64,000 nt of DNA, taken from Klebsormidium nitens (lineage: Eukaryota > Plantae > Klebsormidiophyceae). Below, piece by piece: positions 13,389 through 32,564 of this stretch (position 1 is the stretch's first letter; each line of letters starts with the position of its first letter). A program made the position numbers and the translations under genes. Below the pieces are notes generated by a model, which worked only from the letters and a program-made list of their open reading frames with translations, searched no databases and was not told the DNA's origin. The DNA lies in contig DF237183.1 in the NCBI GenBank assembly GCA_000708835.1, positions 68,791 to 132,790 on the forward strand. The letters run 5' to 3'.

Positions 13389-13711
13389 CTGTTAAGTCAC
13401 TCTGTAGTTACCAGAGTCGGGGGCCGCTGAGGCACGCCGACGTAAATCCCGTTCTGACACGGGCCATGTGGCCCTCGTACCAGTTGGCAGTCGTGGAGAT
13501 CCGTGGCAGCCCATGATTTAATTACCGGAACGGGCAATTGATCGGAGCGTGCACATGCAATGCAGTGAGGCTGTGGGCTGACGTCACCGTCAACTCCTGT
13601 GCGCCGGGTCGGCGCCGACCAGCTAGCGGCGGGTGCTGCCGCCGAAGCAACTGCATGTGCACATGGGCTTCCTGTTTTGGCAGTTGTTAACAGTATTTCC
13701 AGAGGTCAGTA

Positions 13712-13977
13712 CCGTACCGCCAAGGGAAATCACACTAAAATAATTATTTTGAGGCCTGTGTGAAAAAGCTGAAACTCAATGGGTCCCCGACTGTGAAAAG
13801 GTGAAAGCTTAAAATCGACGAAAAACGGTGATTTTGGCGACTTTCACTGGGGAAAAGGGTGAAAAAAGCTCTTGTGTGAAATGAAGAAAAATATGTTCAG
13901 GGTGTCGGGTGAAACCTCAGGATGACCAAAATTAAGTTTTTACACCAACAGTAGTGTGATTTCCCTTGGCGGTACGG
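13712..13977. mobile_element. MITE, 266 bp, Tc1/mariner superfamily (Tc2/pogo-like CCGTA ends)
   Basis: Perfect 26-bp TIRs CCGTACCGCCAAGGGAAATCACACTA (13712-13737) and its reverse complement (13952-13977). TA on both sides (13710-13711, 13978-13979). AT-rich non-coding interior. Confidence 0.88.
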
Positions 13978-16400
13978 TACATAGACAGGTCTACCGTCTG
14001 TAATATGACACAGAATGCGGCACAGCATGATGGATTGCATAAAGTGGGGTTTCCTATTGGTTAAGAGGTCACCTTCTCTCCCGGGGCTCGTGCAAGGAAG
14101 TAGGTAGTCCAGAGAAACTCAGAAAGTCCAGAGAAACTCCTTGAGGAAGAGGGTGTCGATCAGTCTAGCTCCATGTCCGGCACCTTTCGAACACACTTGC
14201 AAAACGGTTTCTGTGGAGTTGGGCCAAAGCTCAGCAATTGAGAGCCCCTTAGCAATGAGAGATTTCTAGTTGGACAGCTACACTTCACCTGTATCTAGGC
14301 GGAATTCATCACCCATTGCTCCTGTGCAAGCAGCACACCATATTGCCACATGTTCACGCAACTTGTCACGTATGCAGTCCTGCCACAACAACAGCCGCGC
14401 CTCGTAAGCAAAAGACAATTACGTATAGAGACATAGCTCCTTTTGTGGGGGATGGTGGCACAGGGCCACGCTTCTCAAAGGAACTGAGCAGACATGATTG
14501 CTGCTGGCCCCCACACCGAGCTGGGTTTGTCAAGCCAAAATGGTGGGTGCTTGGACAGCGGGGAATCTCCCCTGCTTTTGAAGCCGCAGGAGAGCCTCAC
14601 TCCGACATCGCAGCTGGGAGGGGTGTCTCTACTGGGGGGGGAGCTGAACAGGTTGAGCATCCAGTCATTGGGGGAACATGAGCGAGGGGACGGCGCAGTG
14701 AGTGCGAAGGAATCCTGAATTGCTCACTATTTGCAGTACATGGATGATGCTATTGCCTTTAGGATATGCCAGAATGTGTGAGCAAGGAGACAAGAAACAG
14801 CCCATGGTTCATTCAGCACCGATGCATCGTTGGAAACAAAGCCGACTGGCGAAGAGGGATCAGAGCATCATGATGTCAAAGAGCATGGTTCAGCAGTCCT
14901 ACTTGGGCTCTCAATGATGGATTTTACACTTCTGAGTGTGGCTCTACTTTGCACTTTGCTTTGCGGGCACAATATGGAGCAAGTTCGTTCAAGTGGAGCT
15001 CAACTTTGGCCTTTCAACTTTTATCCATGAGTCAATGCTAGCAGCCCCTGTGGGCAAGGGGCTGGGTTAAGCTGGGGTGCAATACTGTCCTTAACCGTGT
15101 TTCAAGCAAAGCAGTGTATTCTTCAACCCCAAGGCAATGTAAGGCTAAGCAGCTTAAGGTTAAACAAACCCACTGATTCTCACCATCCTTGCCCCCAAAA
15201 GCCCCTGGTTTCAAGACTTTCAAATTCTAGTGTTAAGCGATGAATTGAGGGGGAAATTACGTTACTTATGCAAGACCAAAGGTTCAGTCCAAGCTTGCCG
15301 CAGCTTTATGATTTTGAGCAAGCCCTCTGTTCTCTTTCCGTCTGCTCATTACCAATCTTTGTGTGCAGGAGGTCTGCAAAGAGCAAGAAGCACAGCGACT
15401 GGCTGAGCCCAACGGTAGCGCTGCTGCTGCTGCGTGCGGCAAAGCCGGCAGGAAGGAGGCGGGGACCGCAAGGCTCGAGTGGGCTCTATCTCCTCGGCAG
15501 CACAACGGCAAGCTGGAAAACAGCAAGGCAAGCCTTTTGATCTGGATGATTCAGCTTGGTCAGAAAATTGGTTAAGCTCGGACATGAGTTACACAGTAAG
15601 TAGAGCTTGTTTTAAATCTATGGTTAGCTTGGCTTCACTTTAGAAATGTGAAGTGACTTTGAGTCAGACGACTACCGCATTGTTCTTTCGACAGCTGGCG
15701 TCCAGTTCGCTGCTCCCTAAAGTCCATATACAAGTTTTTCGCCTTTTACCTCATGCATGCAATGATGGGTAAGGGGTTTGAACCCAGGTGTTGTGATGCG
15801 ACACTTCGAAAGGTAGGACCTTCTGAGACACCGGCAGGCTGTCAAGCGAAAAGAGATTGTTGGGCTCAGATCTATGTGCATCTAAGTGGAGCTTCTTACT
15901 GGATTTCTGCTGCACTCTTTTAGAGACAGGGCATTGCAGGGGACCCAACATTGACCCTGGTAACAACATCTGCTTGGGTTCTGGTGTGCTAGAGAAGCAG
16001 CGCACAAAAACAACCTCGACGAATCTACTGATGTAGACACTTGCGTTGCTCCTCGATCAGGTTGTCAGGGTTCTCTCAGGGCAAGCTTACCCACAAAATC
16101 AGGAGCTGTCTCAAGCCGCACAGCATCTGCCCCGCTGACAGTCTGCATTAGAAGCTGCGCACCTCATGAGTCCAAAGCACGAGGTTGCCAGTATTGGCAG
16201 TAGATCAAGCTTAGATCATAGTCGTATACTCGATGCAAAGACCTGAAAGCACCCATCATAAAGCATCCCTCCGCATTCGTCCGCGCCGATTTGACGGTGC
16301 GACTTTGCTGTTGCAGGGCTGTAAGAGGGCTAGCGTGCCGCAGGAATTCGATCCGTCCAAAGAGAACGTACAGCAAAAGCAGACGCTGCAAAAGGCCGCC

Positions 16401-23418
<7,018 letters not shown>

Positions 23419-23560
23419 ACCCTCCACGTGGCAGCCGCAAGCGTAGTTACGCGCAGCCGTGTTGTGTGACTCGGGGCTACTTACTGGTAACGGGACAAAC
23501 TGATCGATGCGCGCGAATGAAGGGCACGCAGCAGTGTAACAAACTAACCTTGCCGGGTCG

Positions 23561-23706
23561 GGTTATCTTGTGAGTTAAGTAGTCAAAAGCTGGTTATATT
23601 GTGGGTTAATTGGTCAAAAGCTGGTTATATTGTGGGTTGAGTAGTCAAAAGCTGGTTATCTTGTGGGTTACAAGTCGATTATCTTGAGGGTTAATTAGTC
23701 AAAAGC
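23561..23706. repeat. 31-bp minisatellite, about 4 units, downstream of the kinase gene
   Basis: GTCAAAAGCTGGTTAT[AC]TTGTGGGTT units start at 23582, 23613 and 23644, with partial copies on each side. Confidence 0.85.
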
Positions 23707-25367
23707 ACCTCTGTGGTCTAGTAGCCAAAAGCAGTGCGTGTACAAATTCTGATGTGTAATACAAAGAAGGCGTTTCAGCATAAAGGTCTGGGGCGTAAAG
23801 AAACTTAGGTTGCTTATGGGATGGATATGGACGGTGCTTGGAGGAACCGAGTCGGCAAGGCGCCTTAAGCGAGCCGCTGTAGTTGGAGGTTGTCTCTGCA
23901 ATCAGCTTAAATGGCTCTATCAAGAGCCATCCCTCCTTGGAAGGAAGGTGAAACATACATTAGGTGGGCATCTCTCATTGTCGTCAAAATGCGGTGGTCT
24001 TGCGGTGCGGGCGGCCGCGCTTGGCTGCCCTTGGTACTAAACCTAGACTTGGCTTAACGCAGTTTAATGCTTTACTTGACGCTTATTCTCTGTGCTTTGC
24101 TAGCTAGCTGTGTAAACCGGCTTTTATCTTTTAAGAGTTGGCCCTTCCCCAAGCTGGTTTTCAATATACTTCGTTTTTCATTCACTTTGGATTTGGGTAT
24201 GAGCCGCCATTGTGTTGTGAAGGAACTTTTTGATTTTAACAAGTATGGCCGCGCGCTGAAGCTGTTTGCACAAGTAGCGGGATCCCGGACTTCGACTCTG
24301 CGTATACAAGGCTCTGCAGACGTAGACGTCGTTTGATGCCATGCCAATGTGCGTGTAGCCGTAGGCTTTAAGCAAGGGTCGATCTTCTTGGACCGCGTGT
24401 AGACGAGCGTATATGGACCGTGAACGTAAATCTCCCCGCGTCCCTGCTTAATCATGCAATTTTTTGTGAGAGGGTGGGACTGTCTTCATAAGGCGCTGCT
24501 CTTACGAACCACTCAAGCTTGTTCCATTCAATCTATGACGGTCGCGGTCGCGGGCGGCCCGCCTTTGGGAAGAAGTATTGCGCGTGGAGTTAGCTCAAGA
24601 TCAGGCACTGTGTTGTGCCAATGATGGGCGACCGTTATGCTGAAGTCTGATTGAATTAGCATTAAGCCAGCCACTGCAAATGCGCAGGCTAAGTTTGCAC
24701 ACAGCCTGCCGTACGGATCGGCTTATTTATTGCAAAAAGCCATTTGCAAAGAGAAAAAAAAAAATTCTCTTTGTCAAAATCAAATGGGCATCTCGTCCGT
24801 AACATCGATACCACTTTATACTTGCAACGCCATGGCCACGTGCAAATATGCAGCCTACTTCGCGGGCTTGTCCGGCATATGTGGCACTTATAAATCGTTG
24901 AAGTTGATACAGTAGGCCGATGCGGCGCCCGCGGCAGCATGACCCGGTCGACGCGCTGCTTGAGATCACTATCTGTAGGATCTGCATGGATACAGTGACG
25001 CTAACTTCACTTCCGAACTTTGATGATTTCAGAACGTGCGCCGCATCCTGTGAATTGGACCAAAGGTTCAGAGGATGAACATCATTGCATACAAACAATT
25101 CACAGAAGTAGGGTAGGTAACATCCGGGTTGGCAGCTACTGTTACAAGAAAGATCTTTCTGCGCAACTGTCAGAGCGCCGTGTCAACCATCTGCAGTACG
25201 TATACTCACGTGTGGGCATCCGCGAAAGTCCGAGACACGAAACAATATGTTCGGCCACATCATGCAGAGATAGTCCGACACTGCTCTTGTGCCGAGTATA
25301 ACTCCACTCCAAGAACTCAGCCCAACCTTTCGGCAGCATTTACTGCTTCACGAGATGTAGAGCTGGA

Positions 25368-28300
25368 TTACTGACCTACGGACCCATCTAATATAGCATT
25401 GCTCAACTGCGCTAACTTGTTCAAGCGGAGCATCAGATCGTGCCCGCTTTCGTCGAGCACCTCGGACACCCTCCTCCGCTGAGCAGGGCCTCCGGGTGTC
25501 TCCAGACTCTCTTCCTCCTTATGTGGCGGCGTGGTAATCCCCGGGTCATTCAAACCAACGCCGCCCGTCTCTTTCATGTTAAGCGGCCGCTTGCCCCCCA
25601 GGAACAACGACTCCAACTCCCTATCCTTTTCAGAGCCCTCTTCAGAGCTCTCAGCAAAGCTCTCTTTAAGGCCTCCGTCAAGCCCCGGGCTACCCACCTG
25701 CTTGCTCATCGCTACACCTGCTGCAACTGTCAAAAGCGACTTCTTCGCCGGCCAGCCATATTCGCCGGGGGATCCCCCCCGGGTTCCGCCCACAGCGCCG
25801 TTCCGCTCGCTTTCAACGAGCGGCTTCCGCTCGCTGCGCGGGGCCGGCGTGCGCACCACCTCCGCGTGCAGCCCCCCCTCCCCGATGCCGCGCTTCCGCG
25901 CGTGCGCGTCCCGCTCTAGTTTGCGCAGCTGTGCCAGTAGCACGCTGCGCTCGCGCCGCACGCTGCGCAGGTCCGCGTCCTGCCGCTCCAACCGACACTC
26001 CAGCTCGCTGCGGGGAAGGCACCGGCCATTTCAGTACATGCCACGGCTTCGCAGTAGGTCTCTAAAGTGACCAGGGATCTGCTTCACATAGCCTCAGAAT
26101 ATATATCTGTTCAAGCTGATTATGAGGTAAAGTTCTGAGCAGCGAGTCGTGGTAGGCCCTCAGCTTTGGCACGCAAGACCTCAAGGCCAAAAAGTTGAAT
26201 TCCGGCACGGCTTCTGTGCACTTCGTGTCGCACTCACACCCAGAATTTCTGCAATCGCGGACGTTTCACGGGCGAAAAGGCTGGGTGGTCTACTCAAGCC
26301 TTCAGATCGGCTTCAGCTTTATGCTTCGCTCATGGATCTCTGAGCCAAGAGGCGATCGGTTGCAGGCTTGCGGGCTGACAGCCTCCTCAACCTCACGTCT
26401 TAAAACGCGGCAAGGTCGCCCATGCATTTACAAGTCAGGAAATTGTTCGACAAAGAGACTGAGCCTAAGGAACATAGCGCCCCACCTGATGCGCGCATCC
26501 CGCTCGTGCGTCTTCTGCTCCTTGACCTGCGCCGCCTGCCGCTCCAGCTGCAATGCCATGGTGTGCGCTCAATCAGAAACACAAACCTGCAATTGTTTGG
26601 CGAGAAGACGAAGCCGAGGCAGCTTCCATGGCTTCGTGCAATGTCCTTTGAACCTTTTTTCTGCTTCTTTACCTCCTTAACCAGTGCCAAACCTTGGCAA
26701 CGCGCCGTGACAAGGCCCGGGCTTCGCTCGGCTTATGGCGAGGGTAGCTCTAGGTTCATTCAAAAAGAAACGAAGTGGAGGCTATTTTCTTAAAATAGTC
26801 CAAGCGATATGTACGCCGGCCACGCAGCAAATACTTGTAGCCGGCCACACAAAGTGGCAGAGATCTGGACATTCTGCTGCAACGTGAGCGTGAAGCTGTA
26901 TATTACTCAGACCAGCACAGCCGCCAACGGCAAAGTCCATGAAAGCACTGTCTTTGTTCCTCGGAACACTCTAAAGGATCCTCGTCCATGTCTGAGTCGC
27001 CTTAGGAGGAACCCCGAATGTCTTTGTTGAATGCCCCAGATGGCAGTGGCGTTTAAAGCCCCGAAAGGCGACAACTTGCCCGTAACTTCACTGGGGGGAT
27101 ACTCTTTCACCTGACACTTTAGACCGTCACTCTGCAAATTCGACGGCTGTGCATAGTTTAACATAGATCAACTGCACGCCTTTATCCACAACTCCGGGTG
27201 ACACTCACGTAGTAACACAAGTCCGCTAGGATACCTCTCAGGCACTCCCCGCCTCACCTGCCTCAGGTTCACCGCCGCTTTCGCATTCTCCCTCTCGAGC
27301 GCCGCCACGCGAGCCCGCAGTGCCGCAGACTCGGTTTCGTGCGCCTCTGCCGCGGCCGCCAGATCGGCACGTGCCTGCTCCTCAGCGCGCCGCAGTTCAC
27401 GCGCTAACGCCTTCTTGCTGGACGACTCGAGGTCACGCACCCGGGCCAGCGCAGGGGCAGACGACGAATAACGTCATCAGCATGTAGAGAGATTGCATTC
27501 CGTGCGCACGCACTGCCTCCAAGGAAGGATGGCAGAGTATAGGAGCTCAAACACAGCCGGACACAAACGCTTGAAAATTGAGGATCTTTGGGGCTCAAGC
27601 TGCGGGAGATGAGGGGTTGGACAAAAACGTTCGACAAACTTATCACCAGGGGAGAGTTCTTCTGGCAGCTTAAGCGAGGCTGCAGGGGCCTCCTCGTTGC
27701 GGAGCGAAAGAACAGTGCTGCCCAACGAGCCCCGGCGGTCTCACCTGCAGTTGCTCCACGGTCTCACCCTCCCGTGCCAGGCTGGCCCTCGCGGACGCCA
27801 GCAACTCCTGCCACAACCCGACGTCACCCGTGGGTCAAGAACGGGCCATTGACGTCAGCCCCTTAGTGAACTTTAAAGAAGGTGTTTGCCAGCATGGCTC
27901 GGGCGCCTTGAGATCCTCATACAAACATCAACAGTTGATGATAAGGCGATTCAAACCGTGCATCTAAGCCATTCGTTGCAGTATCCAAACCGCTGATTCC
28001 ACCTTTGGGCGCAGGCCAGATGTCCCCGCATACAATATCTCGGCGAGCGGACCGTCCTCAAAAACTGATGAAAATCTGCTTCGGAACAGCACCTCGCCTC
28101 TTCACCTCACCTCCAAGTTGGCTGCTCGTTCTGCTGCCGTGTCGGCCCTTTCTCTGCACCCCGTCAACTGCGCCTCCAGTTCTTCGCGTCTGGCTGTCAA
28201 TGACGTCAGCTCGGCACCGCCTGCGTCAAAGGAAAGAGGGTTTTGTCAAAGCGGATTGCACGACCCAGCGCCGGATGGGACACAAAAAAGTGCTCGTTCC

Positions 28301-31300
28301 TGCTTAAGTTTTCACTGAAAGACTTGGGGATCGGTCTCAGTCTAAACAACTAGATTTGTGGCTTCTCTTTTGAGCAAGACCAGTTCTGTGATCGAGACGC
28401 CAACGCATGTCCACCAAAGTCCGACGGCAACTTCATGAAACCAGCGCCCGTCTTGAGATACCTGTTTCTCCACTCTGTCCCTTTCGTTCTTCTACTTGAA
28501 CTTGGGGCTGCTCTTATTAGGCGCCGCCTCACCTTCCAGCTGCCGCACCCGCCCCACCAGCATGGCCCTCTCCCGCTGTAATCGCTCGACCTCCGCTTCG
28601 AGTTCCGACTCCCCTTCAATGCTTCTCCGCGCGTCCCCTCGGCTCTGCTCTACCTGGCCCCGTTCAACCAGCGGCCACTCCGCTCTTTCAACCTTTCTGC
28701 CAGTGACTGTGCAGTCAGTGCGAGACATTTCGTTCTCTCGATTTTTGACTCCAGTCATTCTCCCTGGATCCCGCCCGCTCGCCTCCCCTTCCGTCAACCG
28801 CATTGCACTGTCCCCTATCCTCATCCTACATGGTTGAACCTCAGTCACCGCCTGCCCTTCTTTATTATGTTGCAAATGGCTCTGCCCGCTACTCCCTACG
28901 GCTAACACTCCTTGCAAACTGAACTCCGACCGGTTGACACTCGGCCCTTCTGTACCCGCGTTTCCCGCTTCCCGCCCCCTCCCTTCCCGTTTCCCCCGCC
29001 CCAACTCCCGCCCGAATACCAGCCGCTCCTCCGCAAACCGCAACCGCCGCGCAAATCCGTCCAGCAGTCTCTCACTCTCCGCCAGTTTCTGCAGTCCCGC
29101 GTCCTCTTTCCGCTGCCACTGCTGCACCGCCGTCCAAAGCAAACGTATCGCGCTGTCAGCCTGGGTGAGGGCGGCTTTTGCGGTAGCATGCTCTTTTTGC
29201 AAGGTGGAGAGGGACTGCGCGCCGCGCTCGGCAGCGTCTCGCTGGATCTGCAGCTCCGCCGTCAGGCTGATGGCGCGCTGCTCCAGGACCTGCAACGGAG
29301 GGAAAGGCGGCTGACGTCATCAGCCTTTGAAGACCAGTTGGCTAGCTTTGGAAGAGGAAAGCAGAGCGACACAGTGACGTAGGAAGAGGAGCACAACGAC
29401 CGTAACAAGCTAAAAAGGAAAAGAATAAACCGGTTGAATAGAGACTGGGATTGTGTGACGACTTCAGGCTTGTTGAAGATATGAACTTGAACTCTGGCAG
29501 TGGCACTGATGCTCTAAGTGGCTGGGAGGACTGTCAAAAACTGTCAAAACAATCACTCGTTCTTCGCGCTTCATATGTTCAAGCCGGTTCTGACATCTGA
29601 AGGCTTTCAAAATCACCGAGACGTGAACGACGGCAGTCTGACGACGGCAGTCTGAAGCAACTTCTTAAAGAGAGAATTGGGAACAGTTTATGAGTTGGCT
29701 TCGACTTTACCCTAAACTCGTCCAGCTTCAAGACCTTCTCCCACCACACCGTCTGCAAGAACCAATCACAATCTTTCGCTTCCGATTCAGAGTTCGACAT
29801 TGTGGGCTTCCCTCACCTTGCACCTGGTGTTCTTCTCTTCCCGCAGCCCCCTCTCTGTGTCCAACTCCCGGCCAACCTTCGCTGCCTCCCGAACCACCTC
29901 CCACTCCCGCTCCTTGCTTTCCAGCACCAACGCATACACCTCTTCCCGCCACCGCCCCAGGAGCGCCTTCACATACTGAATGCCCCCCACCGTTTTCTCA
30001 TCTTCACCCCCCACATCATCGTCCCCACGGCAACCGCCAATGTCTGCTTGACTGGGGTCCTTCTCAGATGGACCACCCGCCGCATCTTGCCGTTCCGAAG
30101 ACTCGCTTTGTTTACCCATGTTTCTATTTTCCAAGTCGGGCTCCCGTCCTGGTTTATCCTCTTTCAGCGCACCCCCCCCTCGTTGCGCCTTCCTGAGGAC
30201 CCCCTCCTCCTGGATGCTCACGATCTCTTTCAGGGCGGCCACCTGTACCCGCAACAAATCCACCTCGCTCGCCGCTGGCCCCCCAGGCACCCCTCGTTGA
30301 TCCCCCCGTAACTCCACCCCTCCGCCAGAGGGGAGCGCCGTTTCCGCTTTAGCCTCTGCCAGCTGTAAGGTAAGCTGGGCAATCTGTTCGACCTGCCTCT
30401 TAATAGTTGCTTTCAGCTCCGTGACCTCACGCTGAGCCCTTTCCAAAGGTTCCGAATCTGCCGTGTTGTGGGCCCCGCTTTCTGGCCCCTTCAAATTCTC
30501 TCTTCCACAGCCGTAGTAGTGCCGCAGGTTTTCGCTGGCAGCCTGAGGAAGGGACAAAAGACCCGCTAAGACTTACAAGTAGAGTGGAATAGGAAGTTGG
30601 ACTGTGACGTTATCGGTGAGATTCGACGCATCTTACTCATGCCGAGTCCCGTTACTTCTAAAATAGCGGTTTTAGGAGGTTTTCCGATTTGAAAAGGATT
30701 GCAGCAGAAGAGTTGATTGAAACCTTGCCACTTGAAACAGAGCAGTGCTATGAATGATCGATTTCTCCTCAAGCAAAAATGTGCAGTAGCAATGACAGTC
30801 TTAACACCATATATCTATGGAATGGTTGTTTGGCGGGGCACACAATATGCACACCATAGACACAAGACGAATTGAAGCAATTGTCACAGACTGTAAGTAA
30901 AAAGCGGGGGGGGCCAAAGAGATGGAAAGCAGATAAGGGAAGAAGTGTTCCTTCGAGGGGGCAAGGGGCAAGGAAGAGGAGAATGGGAAGATGACAAGGA
31001 AAAGAGAAGAGAAAGGCGACTTGGAAAAGCATCACTGAGGCACGGTTCAATCATGACGACCCTGAGGCATCTTTTTGACGCTCACTTTTTCCTTGGCAAG
31101 CTCCTCTCTGCATTGCGCCAGCATTGCTCGCACTGCCCCTTCAGAGTCCCCGCTCGCCCCACAAGCTCCTACAATGATTTGAACTTCCCTTAACTTCGCC
31201 ACCTCCGCCTGGAGCTGCACGTTGCTGCATTGAGCCGCCTCTAGTTCTTTCCGGATGGTGTTCGTCCACTGCCATGCGAGACTGGCAGCCTGCGTCCACT

Positions 31301-31637
31301 GCCCCAGGTCCATGCTGACATCACTCATTGGAGACTGAAACCGAGCACTAACCCCCCCTGCACCTGGTGGTTGAAGTTGACCCCCAATTCCTAGTTGGGA
31401 ATTTACGGGCATGAGCTTAGCCAGAGGAAAGCCTTTTCTGCTGGGCTCTAGTGTCGAGCCCTGCGGTGCAGAAGGCTCTGGTGAAACTTGATCGTCTGAT
31501 TGACTATCCCCTGACGAGGTGAGTCTCTTGTCTGCAGCTGCCATTTGGTTCATGGACTTCTCAGCTGCCAAAGATATGGCAGCTCTGCTGATGGCCTCTT
31601 CATAGACTGCAGCAGTCTCATCAAATGAAGTCCTCAT
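25368..31637 (-). CDS. CCHCR1: CCHCR1/HCR-like alpha-helical coiled-coil rod protein, about 1030 aa, 8 exons; start uncertain
   Basis: Exons 31637-31086, 30542-29817, 29289-28533, 28220-28111, 27807-27745, 27449(or 27425)-27258, 26547-26486, 26007-25368. Blocks resemble recalled human CCHCR1 in the same order: DLLRVQVAALKEIVSIQEE vs ELLQVRVQSLTHILALQEE; LLGRWREEVYALVL vs LLNRWREKVFALMV; FARRLRFAEERL vs LNNRLSYAVRKV; RENAKAAVNLRQLERQAAQVKE vs REHAKAVVSLRQIQRRAAQEKE. Confidence 0.8.
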
Positions 31638-32050
31638 CAATGGGGGCGCCCCATCTTCTTGATTTGTTCCTAAACGTGATTGAAGCGCGTGAGATTTACA
31701 TTGAGAGGACTGCTTTCACCAGGATGCCAGTCAGTCAGGCTCAAAAGGTTGCCAGAGAGCACGGACGTCTCGGCAGACTCGCTGGCTGCATTGGGGCCTT
31801 CTTGTCCTGCAACCCCCAAATTTTCACTATCTTCAACAAGATACGCTGTGTGAGAGGGTTCCTCCTTCTCAGTGGGGGAATTGGAGCTCGTGCTGGCCCA
31901 GCCCCCTGCTCCAGCATTCTCCTCCATTGCAAGGCGCCCTAGCTGGCCTCGAGCAAGCAAGCTCCTCCAGCCTCCAGGCCACTCCAGGCTCCAGCGAATG
32001 CACTGTTCTGGCAAGGCCAACACCCCAGGCTGGTCCCCAGCTACAGTCTG

Positions 32051-32332
32051 ATTGGATGGAATCCGTCGGTGAAAATGCGCCTGATAGATCATCGACGGCA
32101 CCAATAAAGTCCTTCCTTCTCTCTAAAAGCTAATAGCGGTCCGATGAGATTGGCAGCGGTTCAACGGCAGACTCAGCACTCTGCTTGGCTGCCCTTGGCA
32201 AATTGCAGCCTGCAAACATTTGAATTGCATCTCAGAACACATTCTACAGGGCCTTCCCCCGTGTGGGTTGTTTGTTGTGGAAATGGGGCCGTGGTGCGAG
32301 GCCCTGTTCTATGGCGCGGCGCACTGCATTGG
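32051..32332. promoter_or_regulatory. Candidate bidirectional promoter with four CCAAT boxes
   Basis: ATTGG/CCAAT at 32051, 32101, 32149 and 32328, between two divergent genes; TTTGAA near 32220. Confidence 0.4.
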
Positions 32333-32564
32333 CGGGAGGCAATCGGTTCACAAGCTCGCTGGCTCAGACTCGCACTGCCAGTGCACTTCTCCTTCAAGCT
32401 GCTTTTGATCAGAGCGTTTTGTGCTGCGTTCCAGGAGCCTTTTCTGCTGCTGATGGCCGAAGCTACCGACGAGGCAGTGTGATTGAGTTGGAATACTTGA
32501 CACTGATCAGAGCAACCTGCTGACGTGCATTGGTAGACTTGGAGCTGGAAGGCGGGCAGCCGGC

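Noticed and set aside
13420-13570. Faint resemblance to the reverse complement of the YR terminal repeat
   Set aside because: Only scattered short words match; no alignable block.
14316-15650. Short ORFs (14494-14718, 14830-15030 with a hydrophobic stretch, 15363-15575) as a possible gene
   Set aside because: No recognisable motif and no phase-consistent exon chain; could be UTR or intergenic.
23561-23706. Possible CRISPR-like array
   Set aside because: The units are contiguous with no unique spacers, the context is eukaryotic, and there are no cas genes; it is a minisatellite.
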